Shown here piece after piece: positions 60,599 to 64,000 of a DNA stretch of 64,000 bases. The DNA is from an uncultured Candidatus Binatia bacterium (GTDB taxonomy: Bacteria; Desulfobacterota; Binatia; Bin18). The notes beneath the pieces are model-generated. The model was not told where the DNA came from. It saw only the letters and a list, made by a program, of their open reading frames with translations, and ran no database searches. Positions within the stretch are counted from its first letter, which is position 1. Each line of letters opens with the position of its first letter. A program made the translations under genes and the position numbers. The stretch is taken from contig OZ243961.1 in NCBI GenBank assembly GCA_965214605.1, positions 2,720,001-2,784,000 of the forward strand. The letters are read 5' to 3'.

Positions 60599-61978
60599 AT
60601 GAAGAGACAAGGCAGCTTGCTGTGCGGTGGGCTTATCGCTGCAGGATTCCTGTTGGCGAGTCCTGCATTTGCGCAAGAGAAAAGCGTGGCGGTTGAGATT
60701 CTCGACATCCTCAAGGCCAACGGACAGATCAGCGACGAGCAATACCGCGCTCTGATGAAGAAAGCCCAGGCTGAAGAGGAGAAGGTTGAGGCAGCGGCCG
60801 CCAAGAGCGAGGAGAAAAAGCCCGCCCCCAAGACCATGCGCGTTTACTGGTCATCAGGGCTGCGAATGAAGTCCAATGACGGAAATTTCTCGCTGAAGGT
60901 CGGCGGTCGGATCATGAACGACTGGGCGATCTACAGCACCGACAGCGACACGCCTGACACGTTTCGGAGTATTGGGGACGGGACAGAGTTTCGGCGGGCA
61001 AGGATGTACCTCGAAGGCGAGATCTATAAGAACATCAAGTACAAAGCCCAGTACGACTTTGGTGGCCAGGACGCCGACTTTAAAGACGTGTACATCGAAC
61101 TGAAAAAGATTCCCACTCTGGGCAATCTTAGGATCGGACATTTCAAAGAACCGATGTCGCTTGAAGAGTTGACCAGCAGCAAGTACATCACCTTTATGGA
61201 ACGCTCGCTGTCGAACGTGTTTGTCCAGGGCCGTAACACCGGCTTCCAGATTGCGAACAGTTTTGCCGACAAGCGGGCGACCGCCGCGATTGGCGTGTTC
61301 CGCGATGTAGGCGACTCAGGCAATGGGTTTGGGAAGAATTCAGACTATAATGTGACCGCCCGTGTAACCGCTCTGCCGTGGTATGAGGACAAGGGGAAGC
61401 GGCTCCTGCACGTCGGCTTTGGGTACACCCACGAATTCCGTCACGATGCAGAGAGCATGGTCCGTTTTCGGGCGCGGCCGGAAGCCCATCTGGGGCCGCG
61501 CTTTGTCGATACCAAGGCTTTTCCGGCTAAGAGCGTCGATTCTTTCAACCCTGAGTTTGCCGCGGTCTACGGGCCGTTCTCGCTGCAGGGCGAGTACATG
61601 TTCACTGAGGTGAACTCAAAAGAATATGACGACCCGAGTTTTGATGGGGCCTACCTCTACGGTAGCGTATTCCTGACCCCGGACGATTATCGTCGGTACA
61701 AGATCTCGAGTGGAGCCTTTGATCGGGTCAAGCCGGCCAGAGATCTGAGCTGGAGCGGGGGCGGGTTTGGAGCGATTGAGGCAGCGGTGCGCTACTCCCA
61801 GCTCGATCTGACCAACGGTATGATCCGGGGGGGAACGCTCAGTACTCTTACTGCGGGGCTCAACTGGTACCTAAACCCGAATGTCCGCTTCATGCTGAAC
61901 TACGTTTATGCCGACCAGAAGCACCCCCACGACTTTGAGGCGGACATCGTTCAGATGCGCGCCCAGGTCGATTTCTAA
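60599..61978 (+). CDS. OprO/OprP-type phosphate-selective porin
   Basis: Signal peptide, FRRARM, GHFKEPMSLEELTSSKYITFMERS, QGEY, GLNWYLN, terminal F. Confidence 0.92.
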   Translation: MKRQGSLLCGGLIAAGFLLASPAFAQEKSVAVEILDILKANGQISDEQYRALMKKAQAEEEKVEAAAAKSEEKKPAPKTMRVYWSSGLRMKSNDGNFSLKVGGRIMNDWAIYSTDSDTPDTFRSIGDGTEFRRARMYLEGEIYKNIKYKAQYDFGGQDADFKDVYIELKKIPTLGNLRIGHFKEPMSLEELTSSKYITFMERSLSNVFVQGRNTGFQIANSFADKRATAAIGVFRDVGDSGNGFGKNSDYNVTARVTALPWYEDKGKRLLHVGFGYTHEFRHDAESMVRFRARPEAHLGPRFVDTKAFPAKSVDSFNPEFAAVYGPFSLQGEYMFTEVNSKEYDDPSFDGAYLYGSVFLTPDDYRRYKISSGAFDRVKPARDLSWSGGGFGAIEAAVRYSQLDLTNGMIRGGTLSTLTAGLNWYLNPNVRFMLNYVYADQKHPHDFEADIVQMRAQVDF

Positions 61979-62045
61979 ACGCTCATCGCCGGCGGCCACG
62001 GCTGGCCGCCATGTTGCACCAGTATTCCAACGGAAGGAAATTGTT

Positions 62046-63020
62046 ATGAAAATGAAGAAATTTGCAGTCCTTATCACCGGACTCGTGCTGAGTCTGGCCA
62101 TCAGCGGTCCGGCCGTCGGCCAGGTGACAGTGGACCCCAATCTGCCCGCCTATGAGAAGGTCAGCGGTATCTCAGGCAGTCTCAACAGTGTGGGTTCGGA
62201 TACCCTCAACAACCTGATGACCCTGTGGGCCGAGGGATTCAAAAAGGTCTATCCAAATGTGAACATCCAGATTGAGGGCAAGGGGTCAAGCACTGCGCCA
62301 CCGGCCCTGATTGAGGCCACCGCCCAGTTGGGTCCTATGTCGCGGGCGATGAAGAGCAGCGAGATGGACAAATTTGAGAAGGAGTTCGGCTATAAGGCTA
62401 CCCCGCTGCGGACCTCACTCGACTCTTTGGCCGTGTTTGTAAATAAAGACAACCCACTCCAGGGCCTGTCGCTGGACCAGATCGATGCCATGTTCTCTAA
62501 AACCTTGCGCTGCGGGGCGGCAAAAGAAGTCACGGTCTGGGGCGACCTCGGTCTGGGTGGTGAGTGGGCCGCCGTGCCAATTAGCCTGTACGGTCGTAAC
62601 TCCGCCTCCGGGACCTATGGCTTCTTTAAAAAGCAGGCCTTGTGCAGAGGCGACTACAAAGATACGGTCAAAGAGCAGCCGGGTTCAGCCTCTGTGGTGC
62701 AGGGGGTGAGCGAGGATAAAAACGCCGCCGGGTATAGTGGTATCGGCTATACCACCTCTGGCGTGCGGGCGCTGGCCCTGTCCAAGAACGGCGCCAACTA
62801 CATTGAGCCGACCCAGGAGACTGTGGGCTCGGGTCAGTATCCGCTGTCGCGCTTCCTGTTCATCTACATCAACAAAACGCCCAGCAAACCGGTTGATCCC
62901 CTAGTCCGCGAATTTGCCAAGTTTATATTCAGCAAAGAGGGGCAGGAAGTCGTGGTAAAGGACGGGTACTATCCCGTCTCTGCCCAGATCGTTACCCAAG
63001 AACGGGCCAAGCTCGACTAG
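62046..63020 (+). CDS. pstS: Phosphate ABC transporter substrate-binding protein PstS
   Basis: GSDTL, GKGSSTAPPAL, GPMSR, GRNSASGTYGFF, YPLSRFLFIY. Confidence 0.95.
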   Translation: MKMKKFAVLITGLVLSLAISGPAVGQVTVDPNLPAYEKVSGISGSLNSVGSDTLNNLMTLWAEGFKKVYPNVNIQIEGKGSSTAPPALIEATAQLGPMSRAMKSSEMDKFEKEFGYKATPLRTSLDSLAVFVNKDNPLQGLSLDQIDAMFSKTLRCGAAKEVTVWGDLGLGGEWAAVPISLYGRNSASGTYGFFKKQALCRGDYKDTVKEQPGSASVVQGVSEDKNAAGYSGIGYTTSGVRALALSKNGANYIEPTQETVGSGQYPLSRFLFIYINKTPSKPVDPLVREFAKFIFSKEGQEVVVKDGYYPVSAQIVTQERAKLD

Positions 63021-63173
63021 GCAATGTTTGTGTGTCCGGGCTCAATTCCAAACAAGCCGGGAGGGGGGACAGGCCCCCCTCCCCCTTTCCTGCTCCACCA
63101 CGATGGTGGTAACCTAGAGGGCGAGATATGAACGCCTCTCGCCCTTGTCTGTCAGGCCGGCGTTGAGAGTCTC

Positions 63174-64000
63174 ATGTCAGAATCACGACAACGCGTCGAA
63201 ACGCGACCGTCCTCCCCCTATTCCACCGACCGGGCCAAGGTCGATGTTCGGTTGTCGGCGACCGAGGATAAAGGCCGGCTACGCCGTAAGAAGATCTACG
63301 ATAAGGCCGTCGGCTTGATGATTACCTTTGGCGGTATTGCGGTTATTCTGAGTATTGCCGCTATCCTGTTCGTGATCGTGGCTGAGACGTTGCCTCTGTG
63401 GTCGGCGCCCAAGACAGAATTTGGTGGCGCGGTCGCGCTGTCCGAGGTGCTCGATGGGCAGGACGCTCGTCCGATCGCCTTTGGTGTTGAAGAATACCAA
63501 GAGATCGCCTATGTGGTGACCGAGCACGGCGTGCTGTACTTCGTCTCGCTTAAGGACCACACCGTCCTCCACGACTACGAAATACGCCAGCTCCAGGGAC
63601 AACGCCCGACCGCGGTGTATCAGAACGATTTTGAGCACAGCCTGGCGATCGCAACGGCAAACGGGAGCGTCGTGCCGGTGGATGTCGGCTTTGTGATTAG
63701 CTATGATGACCAGAGCAGACGCATTATTACGCCCCGCGTTGGCGAGGAGGAGGCAATTCTTGTCGATCCTCAGGGACGGGCTATTCAGCAGCTCGTGTAC
63801 CGGACCGGGGAAGATGACGAGGGCATACGTATTGCGGCGCTGCTCGGTCCACGCTCCCTGCTGTTCTACTCCCAGATTGAGCACGAGTCGTTTCTAGGCC
63901 CGACCGAGACCCAGGAAAATCGGCGCGAGCTTTCCTCCGAACTGCCGGCCGATGTCACTGCTCTGGCCCTGGACTCCTTTCTCACCAACCTCTTGGTCAG
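63174..64000 (+). CDS. pstC: Phosphate ABC transporter permease PstC, long form (5' part; runs off the right edge)
   Basis: RRKKIYDKAVGLMITFGGIAVILSIAAILFVIVAETLPLW followed by a periplasmic domain; follows pstS. Confidence 0.8.
   Translation, partial: MSESRQRVETRPSSPYSTDRAKVDVRLSATEDKGRLRRKKIYDKAVGLMITFGGIAVILSIAAILFVIVAETLPLWSAPKTEFGGAVALSEVLDGQDARPIAFGVEEYQEIAYVVTEHGVLYFVSLKDHTVLHDYEIRQLQGQRPTAVYQNDFEHSLAIATANGSVVPVDVGFVISYDDQSRRIITPRVGEEEAILVDPQGRAIQQLVYRTGEDDEGIRIAALLGPRSLLFYSQIEHESFLGPTETQENRRELSSELPADVTALALDSFLTNLLV

Noticed and set aside
63059-63085. G/C hairpin between pstS and pstC as a novel element
   Set aside because: Ordinary intercistronic stem-loop expected to stabilise pstS mRNA.

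Overview
GC-rich bacterial chromosome segment. Its gene order (parAB followed by a split atp operon with b' and b subunits but no atpB/E; DUF1329 and MMPL genes) suggests a deltaproteobacterial or Binatia-like lineage (inference). In order: a partial TonB-dependent receptor, a decayed vapBC pair, rlmD-pgeF-gpsA, and the origin-type cluster rpmH-rnpA-yidC-jag-mnmE-mnmG-rsmG (no dnaA, no yidD). A ~5.8 kb accessory insert follows (TA relics, membrane-anchored DEDDh exonuclease, heptad-repeat membrane protein, DUF1329), then two parS sites, parAB and atpF'FHAGDC. Next is a ~20 kb accessory block with an MMPL permease, an intact type III Druantia-like pair (DruH + DruE), two MaoC hydratases, an HMG-CoA-lyase-like gene and a frameshifted ADP-ribosylglycohydrolase. 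It ends with tRNA-fMet, rluB-scpB-scpA-S2P and a phosphorus island (ppk1, ppx, mgtE, phnA, phoX, OprO/P porin, pstS, pstC) with Pho-box-like repeats. Best leads: rnpA fully enclosing rpmH in another frame (Thermus-like); an unannotated ~95 nt sRNA candidate with two anti-Shine-Dalgarno loops; a membrane-tethered exonuclease plus coiled-coil pair; a Pro-rich leader peptide before the MMPL gene; and a gap-arsJ arsenate-resistance relic. All calls come from reading the sequence and recognising motifs; no database searches were run.
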